64,000 nt of DNA from Asterias rubens (taxonomy: Eukaryota): positions 992,001 to 1,056,000 of the forward strand of contig NC_047062.1 of NCBI RefSeq assembly GCF_902459465.1, read 5' to 3'. The translations under genes and the position numbers were made by a program. The notes under the pieces were generated by a model, which saw nothing but the letters and a program-made list of their open reading frames with translations, was not told the DNA's origin and ran no database searches. This document shows positions 13,041-26,069 of this stretch, piece by piece (positions within the stretch are counted from its first letter, which is position 1; every line of letters starts with the position of its first letter).

Positions 13041-13552
13041 TGGTGGATTATAATGATATTCTTCGTCACATTATATTAACATATTGTTTACCCGCATCTT
13101 CACAGTACGTCTTCTGCAAACTGAGTACTGCTTGGGCAGATGGGGCAGATGGTACCCCCCCCCCCATTTTACATAAATAAACACTCTTTATGAGTTCAAG
13201 CGCCAAGTTTCTGCGCTAGCCTTGTAATCGTAGAATGCATTAACGTAGAGTACGCACGCGCAGAAGCCAGAATTCGCCGCTAAGTGGGTTACGCTTGGCG
13301 TAAGCACAGAATTCCCTACTTCCGTAAGCACCGATTCTGTGCTTATGGTAAGCACCGATTCTGTGCTTAAGGTAAGCATAGCCATGCAATTGGGCCCTGG
13401 TGGATTATAATGATATTCTTCGTCACATTATATTAACATATTGTTTACCCGCATCTTCACAGTACGTCTTCTGCAAACTGAGTACTGCTTGGGCAGATGG
13501 GGCAGATGGTACCCCCCCCCATATTACATAAATAAACACTCTTTATGAGTGT
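12839..13552. repeat. Near-identical tandem duplication, 357-bp unit x2
   Basis: Units differ at only a few bases; twin ORFs 12831-13028 and 13188-13385 are offset by 357. Confidence 0.95.
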
Positions 13553-14701
13553 AAATTGAGTGCTATGAGTATAACATTACAATATTTGTTAAAAGTGCAC
13601 CGATTTCTTACTTTTTCTTGCAGTAATATTCTGATTTTAAAACATCTTTCTCGAAGCAAGGGTACTTGCTAAGTTGACGATAAACCAGAAACACCAGGGT
13701 TAACTCCTACCATTCAACAATGAAATGTTCTGGGTTATTTAACGTACACTACAAATTATAGTATACACAAGACCTATAAACGGCTTTAAACAAACAAAAG
13801 TAAGTCTGAACAATGTTAGTACCACCATGCTCTCGGAACAGACCACAATTCAGTAATCATCAACCAATAAACAATTACTCAGTCAAAGAAAGAAAACAAA
13901 TCGTTCATTCGTTTTTTTCCGAAAAACATACAAACTGTCCAATTTGTTTTGTCACTTCATAAAAATCTGAAGACTCGATCTTTTCTGTTTGCCTGAGCTT
14001 ATTTCCAGATAGCCGTAATTGATAGCAAATCAATGGATCAATTTACACCTCTTGAGATCACAGCCCCACTCAATCAAAAGTAGGAAATGGCAGAAATGAA
14101 ATGTAGAGGACGCCAAGAGAAAGAAGACAATTTTCACTGTTGCTTCACTTGGAAAACTGAAGGACGTTGATGATGTGAACAAGTGTCTGAGCTTCGATTT
14201 CTTTTTGCCACCCGGACGAGAAACTTCCGCACACTGTTGACATTCAGACGTAGGAAGACGACTGAGTGAAAACCAAGGACACAGACCTAGTCTTAAAAGC
14301 ATGCCATTGTGACTAGAAATAAAATACAGGGATTATTAGAAGCTGAATCCTTGGACTTGTCTTGAAATATAGTTTTGGAGGAAAGGAGAGGTGACTTGCG
14401 TTGAAAATTAAATAAAAGGAAAGAAAAAAAAGAGATAAATAACAGGGAGGAATATTAGTTTCCATCGGAAAACTCATTGACTGTCAAATTTATGTTAGTG
14501 CTATTCTTCAAAAGATATATTAATGTCAAAGTCGAAAAATAGTACTTGAACACATCGTATTACAAAATATAAATTAACAACAAAAAGCTAACAGTGATTA
14601 ATGGCAAAAATCATTGAAACAAAGTATGATCCGTATTAACCCGTTCGACCAGATATGATTAATTTAATAGACTGTATGGATTTTAATAGGTTTACTTTTA
14701 A

Positions 14702-15064
14702 AGGCAGTGGACACTACTGGTAATTACTCAAAATAATTATCAGCATAAAACATCACTTGGTAACGAGTAATGGGGAGAGGTTGATAGTATAAAACATTGT
14801 GAGAAACGGCTTCCTCTGAAGTGATGTAGTTTTCGAGAAAGAAGTAATTTTCCACGAATTTGATTTCGAGACCTCAAGTTTAGAATCTGAGGTCTCGAAA
14901 TCAAGCATCTGAAAGCACACAACATCGTGTGACAAGGGTGTTTTTTCTTTCATTATTTTCTCGCAAATTCGATTACCAATTGAGCTCACATTTTCACAGG
15001 TTTTTTTTATGCATATGTTGAGATACAGCAAGTGAGAAGACTGGTCTTTGACAATTACCAATAG
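14702..15064 (-). mobile_element. MITE family A
   Basis: TTAA-AGGCAGTGGACACTACTGGTAATTACTC; internal palindrome gatttcgagacctca...tgaggtctcgaaatc. Confidence 0.9.
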
Positions 15065-15107
15065 CATGTTTTCATGGATAGGCGCTATATACATTTCCAT
15101 TATTATT

Positions 15108-15388
15108 AGATGTCAAATGAGCATCGGGGTTAAAGATTATTTTTAAAGTTACCCCTGCACAGGAGTGTGTAATTTATGTATGCTCAGTACTGTCCTGAGT
15201 CAAGTGAAAACAAATCCACAGGGATGTTACTCGGGTGGAATTCGACCGCTGACCATTGCCAATTCTAGAGCAGTGTCATACCAGCTAAACCTCCAAGACC
15301 GCAAGATTGACCGGTAGCTAGAGGCAGTTTGAATCCTGTTATTTTAGCAGCGGGTTCAACAACAGTGTAAAAGATGTTAAATTTGCAT
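15108..15388 (-). mobile_element. tRNA-derived SINE family 1
   Basis: Reverse complement of the same element; the gatgttaaatttgcat motif occurs at both ends. Confidence 0.7.
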
Positions 15389-15481
15389 TATGCTATTTAT
15401 GTTAATTTACTACAGATGTATGGTGTTTGCTGAAAAATATGGGTTAAGATTTAATTTATTCTTCCAACCAAAGATCCCTTT

Positions 15482-15762
15482 AAATGGAAGGTACACGTTT
15501 GGTAATTACTCAAAATAAATATTAACCTAAAAACTGACTTGGTAACGAGCATTGGAGAGCCGTTGATCGTATAACACATTGTGAGAAAGTAGCATAGATT
15601 TTGAGAAAGAGTTAATATCTCACAAAAATAATAAAAGACTTCTCTTTTATTCCTATCTGAAATCACACAATTTAGTCCAACAAGGGTGTTTTTTCTGTCA
15701 TCATTGGATAAACCAAGTGAGAAGACTGTTCTTTGACAAATACCAAACATGTACCTTCCCTT
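15482..15762 (-). mobile_element. MITE family A variant (GAAGGTACACGTTTGGTAATT ends)
   Basis: Related internal sequence, altered TIR, TTAA at both ends. Confidence 0.75.
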
Positions 15763-17255
15763 TAAATTATCTGGAACCAAAAGAGAAACATGCATTAACC
15801 TTTTTGTTCAGTACCATCTTCCTTGAAATCAGCTACTCTTGTTTATAGCGTTTCTTTACATACGAACTGTGAATTATGATTGGTATAATTTATCATGTAG
15901 CCAAAGTCCTAAGTCTAGTGTCTTACACACAAACTACACATGATAAATTGTCACCACTTCTCATAAAGCAAATGCTAAAATAGAAATATGGGAACATTAA
16001 AAACACAATAAACGATATAGCACTAGATTGAGAAACGACGCTTTATCGAGATGACTTTCTAAACCGGTGTATTCCTGGTAAAATACGGTTGTATTGGTAG
16101 CCTTGTGTCTTTATGTAAGCATAACTTCCAGCGCCAAAACTATAGGGGGACATTGTAGGGGGACACACAACAAGGGGCGCACCGTTTTCTTTTCTAGGGG
16201 AATATGTTTGGGCCACTAAAACTTTAATTTATGTTCGCATTTTTCCTCGGAGGTAAAAAACAAAAAAGAGTAAATTACATTTAGTAAAAAAAAACAAGAA
16301 CATTATTTATTAAAGCGTATAATAGTGCAATAATTAATTCCTGTGTTTGTTAAATCTGAACAGCTCGTTCCTCCCCACCCCCGCCAGCCCCCAACCCCTC
16401 CCTCCCCTCTAAGTTGCCACTAGGACTACCCTAATTTCTTCTTTTAAAATATCAAAAGCGTTGGCTATTTCAAGTTATTGATAGAAATACATGTTAAGTA
16501 TAAAAAGCATTTGCAACACGCGCAGACGATTAGCTTGTTTGAAGGTTGGTTCGAACTCTGTCCGGGCTAGCGTGGTTATTTTTAACTGAAATTATCAAAT
16601 TCTAGCTCACACGTCAATCGACCTACCAGAATGCATTTTTCGAGACCTCAATTATTAGAAACATTATTTAGGAGAAAGGCAAGTTTTATGCGTTGGTTAT
16701 AAGGCAAGCCAATACATTAAATCAACACAATGGAAAACCAGTGCTGTGGTCCAAACTATACGTAAACGCACCCCAAGTAACATTTTATCTCACGCCTACA
16801 TGCTCTCTGTTAATTCCAGTTATTTAACAATTGTGAACGCTCATCATGTAGACAACGAAGCATATGGTTATGTTTACAATAGCAGTACCCACTGTTACCA
16901 TGTAAAACAAAATCAGGTTTCTCAATCTAAATTCACAAAGACGAAACTTAATTACAATTTGATTGCCCCGTTCTTCTTTTATTAATGCCACCGTTAAATT
17001 TGCTTGAACAATGCTTTTTTGTTTGTCACTGTTGTTTTCCCACTCGTGGATCCTTTAGGAAGGGGAACAATTATGCCTATTGTTATGTTCTTGTGTGGTT
17101 TCTATTATTATGACCTTGTGGGGTTTCTTCCAACCACACAGATTTGGATAAATTAGCACTGTCATAATAAGCAGCGATGACGCGTGATGGGGGAGCCCAC
17201 CACGGATTTGTGACGGGTGAAACTTGTAATTTTCACAGTAGGGATAGAATCTTAA

Positions 17256-17627
17256 AGACACTGGACACTATTGGTAATTGTCAATGACCAGTCTTCTCAC
17301 TTGGTGTAACTCAACATTACATAAAATCAAACATGTGAAAATTTGAGCTCAATTGGTCTTCGAAGATACGAGATAATAATGAAAGAAAAAACACCCATGT
17401 CACACGAAGTTGCGTGCTTTCAGATTTATTTCGAGACTACAAAATCTAATTATGAGTTCTCGACAATTCGTGGAAAATTACATCTTTCTCGAACTACGTT
17501 TACGTTACGTTTACTAGAGGGAGCCGTTTCTCACAATGTTTTATTTTATCAACATCTCTCCATTACTCGTTACCAAGTAAGGTTTTATGTCAATAATTAT
17601 TTAAATTATCAATAGTGTCCACTTCCT
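17256..17627 (+). mobile_element. MITE family A, followed by a partial duplicate (17640-17730)
   Basis: TTAA-AGACACTGGACACTATTGGTAATTG...GTGTCCACTTCCT-TTAA. Confidence 0.9.
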
Positions 17628-20520
17628 TTAAGTCCTTTAATATTTGAGAGAGAAAATACCTCTTTCTCAAAAACTACATTACTTCAGAGGGAGTCGTGTC
17701 TCACAATGTTTTATACTGTCGGTGCCTTTAAAGGAATGGAATGGCCACGTTGGATGAAATACCACTTTTCAACCAAACAGCATCTGAATAGACACAGGTA
17801 ATGTACATTAAAAAAGAACAAATAAAACATCACAAATACTGAAAAAGGGCCCTTTGTAGCTATGCATAAGAGCAATATTAACAGAATTTGGAAAATGTGT
17901 ACAAGATCCCACAAATCTAATAAAAAGAAGACAGGAAAAAAAAGTAAAAGCAGAACACATAAAAAACCCTGATAACTGAAACACTAGCCCCGAGAAAAAA
18001 TCTAAAACGTTAATTGAAATCGGGGTAGATTTACAGGTATGCTACAACACGGTGAAAGGCAGTGGAGTCACCGTGGGCAGGGGGCTGGGGCTTCCCCTCT
18101 TAAAAGAACTACTTCAGCCTTCTACGTAATCCAACAAACAGTAGTTACTCTCACACTTTTGCTGAGCAAAATCTTGCGTGCTTATTCTCAGTTTCTCCAA
18201 TCAATTTCCCCCTCAATGTTTTCAATGCTTTAATTGAATCTTACCTAGGATAGTGGTAGACAATGACAAACATTGATAATAAATCATAAATGATTGCATT
18301 CCTACACAATAAATATTTGCATACAGTCAGCCTTCCCCTTTAATGAGCGAAGAGTAAGTAAATGCAGCCATCTGTACGAAATTGCAAATCCATCAAGAGA
18401 CATCAAGAGATACCCATGCATCAACATGAGGAAATATGACGTTGCGTCAGGTGAGATGGAGGTTGCAGTGTACCATGGAGGAGCACATGGTTACTCATGT
18501 ATGGGTATTGGGGGCTGATATCTTGAGGGAAGGGCGTCTCTTATGTACGGTCCAGAACAAAACTCAAAAATCTGTTATTGTTGTGTTTATAAAAGCGCAT
18601 ATCACAATCACAGAGCAATCTCTATGTGATTTGAGTTAAAAAAAAAAAAGAAGAGAATTCAAGTTACACAATAGAGACAAGAAACCAAAAATTAGCTGTT
18701 GCAAACAACTTACCAACCAAACGGACCGAGAGTATAAATGCAAAAAATAGTTAACGGCCTGCTACGGGGATCACCTCGGGAGTCAGAGTTTTTAACCATT
18801 GCACGAGTAAAAGCAGTCAATATTTGTTTTATAACACCCCAAACATTTCTAACTACTGTACTATTATTATTGAGTTACAGACCTGAATGCTACAATCCAC
18901 GGACGACGCGAATACAGATTGCAAACACTTTTACTGTGCTGCATGTAGTGTCGTGCAATCCGAAATGGTTACAGACTATTAATTTACCATCCTCGTACAC
19001 GCAACGGACGTCTGGGTACTGTACGGCGTGTGCTAGTCTTCGGACTAGCGCATGGCAAACCGATGCACTATCACACGGCCGTCGTCTAGCAAAACTAATA
19101 CATGTCATGTGACGCGCTCTAAACCAATGAGCAGGCAGAATACTTGCAAGGGGTGTTATAAACTTAAATACGTTCTCTGCCATAAAAAGAACCCTTCTTG
19201 TTGGTATTCTTCTTTACATTTTATTGTTTTGGATGTGTGCCGTTTCTATGAAGCATGGGAACTAATATGATTTTGAATTAAATTTTGAATTGAATAGACC
19301 TTTACCATGATGCCACTGTCTTGGTCACGTTCCATGTATCCAATAACAGTACGGGTGCTAACATTCATTGTATAAAAATGAACCAGACTATTATTTTCAT
19401 TCCGGCCTCGTTTTGGTTACATTGATCTGAATGAGAGGAAATTAAAATAGACGCACTTTAATAAAGGTTTATAGGAAGGAATGTCTTTCGTATCTTGAAT
19501 GTGTAAGATAAAAAATGTTTTAAAGTTATCGATTAATGAAAACAAAACAAATGACTACCTGAAGTTTTTCTTGAATGTAATTGGAACTGGTCTTTCTTGA
19601 TTTATAGTCTTCTGTTTCGGTTAAACATCATTGATGCGAGTCGATTACTAGACATTGAATGACATAGTTTATCAAGATCTAGGTCCGAAAGTCACCAGCG
19701 GTTATTTTTTCTTTTGTAATCCAACCTTGAAAACAACGATTAAGTTAATTAAGAAGATTAATAAATATACGCTCTTATTAAATTAATTGGCTTAATGGCA
19801 TGACAGCGAGTTCTTGCAAATAAGATTTTACCCTATTAAAAACGATTTGGCTTGACATTAAACAATTCAATTAATATTTTAAATTGTACACCGCTTTTCC
19901 CCAGTTTATCCTATACTCTAATTAAAACCATAATACATCAAGCTAATTTGCTAGACTAGGTGAACAAAAAAAACTGCAACTGTGACAAAAATTGCCGCTG
20001 TATAGAGAAATCAACTATTTTGTGTAGTAGGATGGCCAACTCGATCCCATCACTGACAATCTACTCCTCTCCTCCCATTGGTCACTTGTTGGGAAGGCCC
20101 TGCCTGTACAAGCGACCAATCAGACCGCTCCAAATTGTTGTCCATCACTGATTAGCTGCTTTCAGTTCTTCCCTCATGAATAAATTACTCAAAAGCCACA
20201 GCCGAAGAAGAAGAAAAAAACACAAGCCTCTGTAAACACTTGGGAGATAATGGAGCATGAAATTTCACTCGAAGGGAACATATGCAAATTCATGTAAAGA
20301 GGAAAAGCATAATGAAGGGAATGCCAGTAACGTTTATTGCTAAAACTCATCCTTGGTTAGATCTAATATCCTTTTTAGAGATCCCTTTCAATTAACCGTC
20401 ACTATGTCATGTTCGATGTTGAACGTGTGTGTGTGTGTGCAGGGGGGGGGGGGGGCTTGGGTAGGTGGACGTCAGAGAGATGAACAGCACGGTGGGTTGG
20501 GTAGGCGGACTCCTGGTGAG

Positions 20521-20646
20521 TATAAATGGCCCGAATGTCACAGCTCAAACTGGCAATAGACACAACTCAGATACCTGTGAGCTTGATCAGTTAGAGAATT
20601 CTACTCTGGAATTGAGAAGTGCGAAACACAGCAACGAATTGAACAG
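20521..20646 (+). promoter_or_regulatory. TATA box plus non-coding first exon
   Basis: TATAAA at 20521, G-rich/GC-box-like sequence upstream, CCAAT motifs near 20076-20120, donor CAG|GTAAGA at 20647, no ATG in the presumed exon. Confidence 0.5.
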
Positions 20647-21514
20647 GTAAGATTTTGCTTGCTTTTATTTATTGGTGGTGGATGGAAATGGTTTTTAGTC
20701 TATTGCAGTTCTATTCTGGCTTAAAATGGCGAAGGAAATGTTACACTTTGGTAATTTCTGTTATGCACCGTGTACCTTCTTTTCCTAAATTGAGATATAG
20801 CCTACCAGGTGGTAAACTCACATCCAGAATCATGCATTTGGAGTTCAATTATTAAATTTTTCCCAACGATTTTTTTTTGTGCTAACAACAAAATGTTGAC
20901 ACCTCAGAAAAAATAATGTTATAGGTCTATATCGGGTTTGAGAAGTAAGCCGAGGAATATGGACGATTCTCACTTTCATTAGGCAGTATTTCTGAACAGG
21001 GATTACCTTCTTTACTTATATTGACTAATGGTTTTAAACAATGTTGGCCAACAAAAAATAACCACGATTTATCAGTCAGACTAGTATTTGATCTTCTGAT
21101 TAGGTGGACGTTTTCAGCAGTATGCTTTTTACACCACTAGGAAACAACGAAACAATAACAATGTGATGTTGTCAATGTATGCCAGACGCACGCTGTATTT
21201 GGCACTCGATGTAATACATGATCTGTTTTAGAATGAGTGCATCCACTGCTATCGCACAGGCCCAATTTCATGATGCTGCTTACTGTGCAATTCTATGCTT
21301 ACGGCTCATAGAATGCATTTACAAGGCTCCGTAAGCGTAGAATTCTTTGCTAGAGAGAGCAATACAATTGGGTCATGTTCGCAACTTTACTCAACGCGGG
21401 AAGGTCTTGTCACATTGGTGATGCTTTCCAAGAAAACAGCAAATATGAGTCTAAGGTTATTGTTTCAGAGATTGTGTGATTTGAAGCGGTATGTTTTGTA
21501 AAGCGGTGTGTTTT

Positions 21515-21865
21515 AAGGCACTGGACACTATTGGTAATTACTCAAAATATTTGTTAGCATTACAACTTACTTGGTAATGGGCAATAGGGAGCTGTCGATT
21601 GTAGAAACAAAAATGTGAGAATGGCTACATTCGAAATAACGTAGTTGTTGAGAAAGAGATAATTTTTCACAAAATTAAATAAAACACTTTATCATTCATC
21701 TGAAAGCACAAAATCTTGTGCAACAATGGTGTTGTTTCTAACATTATTCTCATGCAACACGAAGACCAATTGAGAACACAATATTTTTCACAGATTTGTA
21801 ATTTTATGCTTATGTTTGGATACACCAAGTGACATTACTGGTCTTTGATAATTACCTAAGGTGCC
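21515..21865 (-). mobile_element. MITE family A, diverged
   Basis: ttaaggcactggacactattggtaattactcaaaa start; internal homology. Confidence 0.8.
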
Positions 21866-22320
21866 AAGCATGGCTCGATTCCACAAAGCAGTATTACCAT
21901 AGTGATTTGTATTGTGACATCACACATTACTCAACTACGATTGATTTGCAGTTACGATCAATCTTAGCTCTATGTGAAATCGTCCCCAGTGCTTTAAAGT
22001 CAGTGCTGTCGTAGTAATTCTGACGCTTATGTTATATAGGATATTATTTTGGTACTCAATGGTAGTGACAAGTTTATTAAAAAGTGTCTTTTCAATCCTG
22101 ACTATTATGTGTTATATCAAAGTACACGCTCGTCCAAAAACTCGCTGAATAAATAAATAACAAAATAACTACGAGTTGCAATACTAGGTTGATCTAATAG
22201 ATGTTAAATTTGCATCGGGGATAAATAATTTAATTTTGATAAATAATACTAGGTTGACAACAATTTACTGAAAAACTCTCCATTGTACCATTTCAAATAC
22301 CTTTTTACTATTCATTTTAA

Positions 22321-22643
22321 AGACGCTGGACACTATTGGTAATTGTCAAATACCAGTCTCCTCACTTGGTGTATGCATAAATATGCGAGATAAAAATAAA
22401 AGAAAAAACATCCTTGTCACACGAGGTTGTGCGCTTTCAGATGCTTGATTTCGAGACCTCAAAATCTAATTCTGAGGTCTGAGGTGAAAAAAATTACTTC
22501 TTTCTCGATATCTACGTTACTTCAGAGGAAGCCGTTTCTTACAATTATTTATATTATCAACAGCTCTCCATTACTCGTTACCAAGTAAGGTTTTATGCTA
22601 ATAATTATTTTAAGTAATTACCAACAGTGTCCAATGACTTTAT
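22321..22643 (+). mobile_element. MITE family A
   Basis: ttaaagacgctggacactattggtaattgtc...aattaccaacagtgtcca. Confidence 0.85.
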
Positions 22644-22834
22644 TGCCTCGTTGTTAATTTTGTTTATCAAAATTTATAAAAAAAAACATCGAGTTTGGTG
22701 CAACTTTAAGGTGTGCCTTTGCAAAGTCTGGTAATCAGTTCGCAAGTTCACAAGACACTTAAATCATTAACATTAGGCCAAGGCAAAACGAAAGGTATCA
22801 ACGTGTGGCTCGAATGAGAACAATATTTCTCTAG

Positions 22835-22872
22835 CGGGACGACTACAGAATGAAAATTTGATCACTACCTTG
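22835..22872 (+). CDS. Candidate coding exon (GRLQNENLITTL), phase 1 to 0
   Basis: Acceptor aatatttctctag, donor TTG|GTAAAT; phase fits exon 23596. Confidence 0.3.
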
Positions 22873-23595
22873 GTAAATATAACATAGTAATCTGGAAGTA
22901 GGTTCACACCCCGTTACCAGTGATGCTGATCTCCCTGGCACTGGAAAGCCACTGTGTACAAACTGCCTTTTACCAACTCACCCCAACTATAAAAGCAAAT
23001 TCAAAACATTATCAAACAAATAATATATAAATTGAGTAAAGCGTAAAGAAGAAACATATGAATACAGCGAACATGTTGTAGCAGACGCAGCTTTGTTTTG
23101 CAATCAATTTGTGGCCGTTCCTTTGTTCTGTACATCGTTTTCTTTAGCAATTGTGAAAAATTGTTGTGGAAGGGTGGAAGTCCACAAAGTTTTCCAAAAC
23201 ACTGCCTTATGTGGACTTCTTTTGTTTCCATGTCCACACTTCGTATACAATGCTTACCCGTTGTAGTGAATTATGCAGTGGTGAATAGGAAGTGACCGAG
23301 GAGGGGGTACTTAAAATATTCTTCAAATTTGTTTTAGGGTGTTTTTTAAAACGATTGGATATCGAAATCTAAATTATAATTTTTTAAATAAAATTAAGTT
23401 CTTTGATTTGGGAACATTGCAGCCTCTAGCACCCCTTTTTACTTCTAAAGAATTGTTAGTCCTTCTTCCATGGTCGAAGTTTCAATGTCCATCTAAAACC
23501 AATATTGTGCAGCCACTGGATAAAGCTTTCAAGACTGACATCGGTCGCTTAAATCTTGATTTATTTCCGGTTATGAAAACTGACCACACTACCAG

Positions 23596-23652
23596 AAGAT
23601 GTGTGAACGTACAAGGTATTCAATTGAAGAAAAGGAAACGCAATGTGTGTGG
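23596..23652 (+). CDS. Candidate coding exon (KMCERTRYSIEEKETQCVW), phase 0-0
   Basis: Branch-like CTGAC plus acceptor ctaccag, donor TGG|GTGAGA, 57 nt. Confidence 0.5.
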
Positions 23653-23739
23653 GTGAGATGAAAACTCACTTAATATATTGATTTCTTCGAATGTAACTGT
23701 CGTGTATCCTGATTACTATAATGTGCTTCAATCTTTTAG

Positions 23740-23970
23740 AAGCGAAGGCTAGAAAACCTTTCAGAATGGTTTTCAAAACCGGAAGAGTATTTCCTGAGTA
23801 AATATACATCCCGAACGTTCCAAATCTATCCGCTCAGTTACCCCACCTTTCAAAAGCTGACATTTATAAGGGGTTTGTCTGGTCTATTAACTCGCTACAA
23901 CATGTACCGCTATGAAGAGGATTTAATTGATTCATACGTGAGCAAACTTCGACGACTACACGGCATTTGA
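23740..23970 (+). CDS. Candidate coding exon (KRRLENLSEWFSKPEEYFLSKYTSRTFQIYPLSYPTFQKLTFIRGLSGLLTRYNMYRYEEDLIDSYVSKLRRLHGI-stop); may instead end at donor 23938
   Basis: Acceptor ttcaatcttttag after an 87-nt intron, in frame with the preceding exon, 76 open codons; absent from the ORF track. Confidence 0.55.
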   Translation, partial: KRRLENLSEWFSKPEEYFLSKYTSRTFQIYPLSYPTFQKLTFIRGLSGLLTRYNMYRYEEDLIDSYVSKLRRLHGI

Positions 23971-24926
23971 CACTTTTGATGTGTTTCTTTTTATCGTCTG
24001 ACTTAAGGCGGGAAGACTGATATTTACAGAGAGTCTATAATCGCTTCAGTATGGTAAATTATTCAAATCTGAAAAAGTTGCAATTTCGCTGGCGCCGAAG
24101 CCTCGTCATTAGCCGCCCCGAGGCTAATATGATTTATGAATTGTAACAGTTACGAGTGAACTACCATATTAATTGCATACCTAAAGTGATTTCTGAAGGT
24201 AAATGGACAAGGGAGTGTTCTCTTTTATGAGCAGTGATTTATTGCTGAAGTTCTCAAACAGCTTTGAGGGATCTTAATAGTGTTCTTATTGATTAATTCC
24301 TATTTCAACCAATCTAATTGCAGCTCGTCAATTTCTAACGTTCGGTTCCGCACTGAAACATTCATAACGTCTTCTTTTTCAAGTTGATGAGTGAAATAAT
24401 ATACAATGCATTTTTCAATAATATCTCCGTACGACAGCACAGATTTATTTCAATGCATGGTACATTAGGACTATTCTAACCCGATTTGACGGAAGAGCTC
24501 TTAGTGGACTGCGCTTAAGAGCACACGATAATCTCTACTGGAAATAAAATGATTATGACAAAAAAGTAATGCAGACAGAAGGTCATCATGTAAACCAGTT
24601 CAACTGTTATTATTAATCCCATTGTGGGAAGGGATCAAGGGTTCTGAGCGAGATCGTGAGGCTTCAGTCCCGCCCAAAGTCCACTCCCCCTCCTCCCCCG
24701 TTACGACAGGGGTTAAATGCAACCATAGCCTCAATTCTTTCTAATATCAAATAATTACATTTCAATGTCAAGGACAACTTCCAAATAAGAAATTGAGTTT
24801 CTCATTAGACATTACAGACACTGATCAGATAATAATAAATAAAATAGAAATTATTAATAATAATGAAAAGAAATTACAGGTGATTTCAGAACCATAACAT
24901 ATGTCAGTATTTTTTGTAGAGCTTAG

Positions 24927-25498
24927 CGGCCCTGTTTTGGTTAAACGATGTAAGTCATTTTTTTGAGATTTTGAGATAAAGCCATTTCCCAGTAAAGTGA
25001 GGGCGCTCTTTCCGATTCTGAAAATCTTATCGTCAACGGATGAGTGGTTCAGAAGATACAAACTGTATGTTGACCTGTACAACTCAAAGTTTGTGACTTT
25101 AATTCACAAAAAAGATGTATGTCACACTTACACTTATTTTACAAACTAAAAATATGGTAAAATGGTGTATCTCTCTGACATACACTATTTGAGCAAATTA
25201 ATCAACATCCCAAATGCTTTTTAGTATACCATTGTTATGCACCAGTTTGACGACATACGCTTTCCTGTGAGTGTGCATTATTTCGGTGAAATGATGTATC
25301 TTTGAATAAACTGTCACAGTTTCTTCAATAATGTTCAAAAACTTATAACAAAATATGGAAACTTATTTTCAATTATTACATTAGTGAAAAAAAATGACAA
25401 TCCAATATTCTGAAACAAAAAGGCAGTTATTTCAACTTTAAACATATTTTCTTCAAATTAGCTTTTTTGAGATACATCGTTTCACCAAAACAGGGCCG
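24927..25498. mobile_element. Non-autonomous DNA transposon with 4-bp TTAG TSD
   Basis: TIRs cggccctgttttggttaaacgatgta / tacatcgtttcaccaaaacagggccg, flanked by TTAG on both sides. Confidence 0.8.
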
Positions 25499-25906
25499 TT
25501 AGGTCCTGGCAGACCGTCAAGGATTATATGCTTTATTGTCTTTATTTGCAACTTAGCCCAAGTTGAGTAGAGGGACCATGATGGATTCTGAAATTAAACT
25601 ACTGCAGACGTCATTAATGGTAATTGTGTTTTAATTTACAAGTACACCGCAAGGGTGGAGCCAGATTGTGTGATTTGTCTCAGACATTTGGCTTTGTACC
25701 TGGCTACTAATGACTGCGACTAACTTCCCCCATCATATCCAATAGGCGTGACGACAGAAAACTATAGTGAGTTATTTTGGTAAAAAAAAAAAAGGAGGGA
25801 AAAATCATCTTTAATGGCATGAGGAACACTTTACCGAACCTAATGACCTACTGATTATACGATCATGCGGCCATGATCGTCTTTCTAGACAGAAACCCGA
25901 GTATGT

Positions 25907-26069
25907 CCCTTTTCGAAACCACGGCTTCGGCTCCAGACTCGGCTCAGGGTAGCTTGGCACCGCGGTTGTCTTGAAAACTGAGCGTGCTTTGTGTACGTGC
26001 TCATGGCTCCAGACGAGAGAATGGAGCCTGAAGCCGAATCCAAAGCTGAAGCCGTGGATTCGAAAAGGG
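25907..26069. mobile_element. Small foldback MITE
   Basis: cccttttcgaaaccacggcttcggctccagactcggct mirrored by agccgaatccaaagctgaagccgtggattcgaaaaggg. Confidence 0.75.

Noticed and set aside
12831-13385. Twin 65-aa ORFs with TISTESVL repeats
   Set aside because: Products of the 357-bp duplication and a 24-bp hairpin repeat inside a MITE; they also do not form a CRISPR-like repeat-spacer array.
14030-14302. 90-aa minus-strand ORF
   Set aside because: No recognisable domain, competing frames on both strands, and length within chance expectation.
14740-15100. ORFs with recurring peptides such as KLCAFRCLISRPQ and MKEKTP (also 15451, 17343, 46645, 47049, 47178, 48936, 49186 tail, 63186, 63326)
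   Set aside because: They are translations of MITE family A on either strand, not a gene family; frames and stops differ between copies.
21229-21260. NECIHCYR as a possible second EH-like fragment
   Set aside because: Only a CxxC with an upstream stop and no signal peptide or other cysteines; no EH paralogue was found in the window.
23339-23656. 105-aa ORF containing PSKTNIVQPLD, similar to a pogo/Tigger DDE motif
   Set aside because: Other catalytic motifs are missing on that strand and a different frame with good splice signals explains the 3-prime part; treated as chance.
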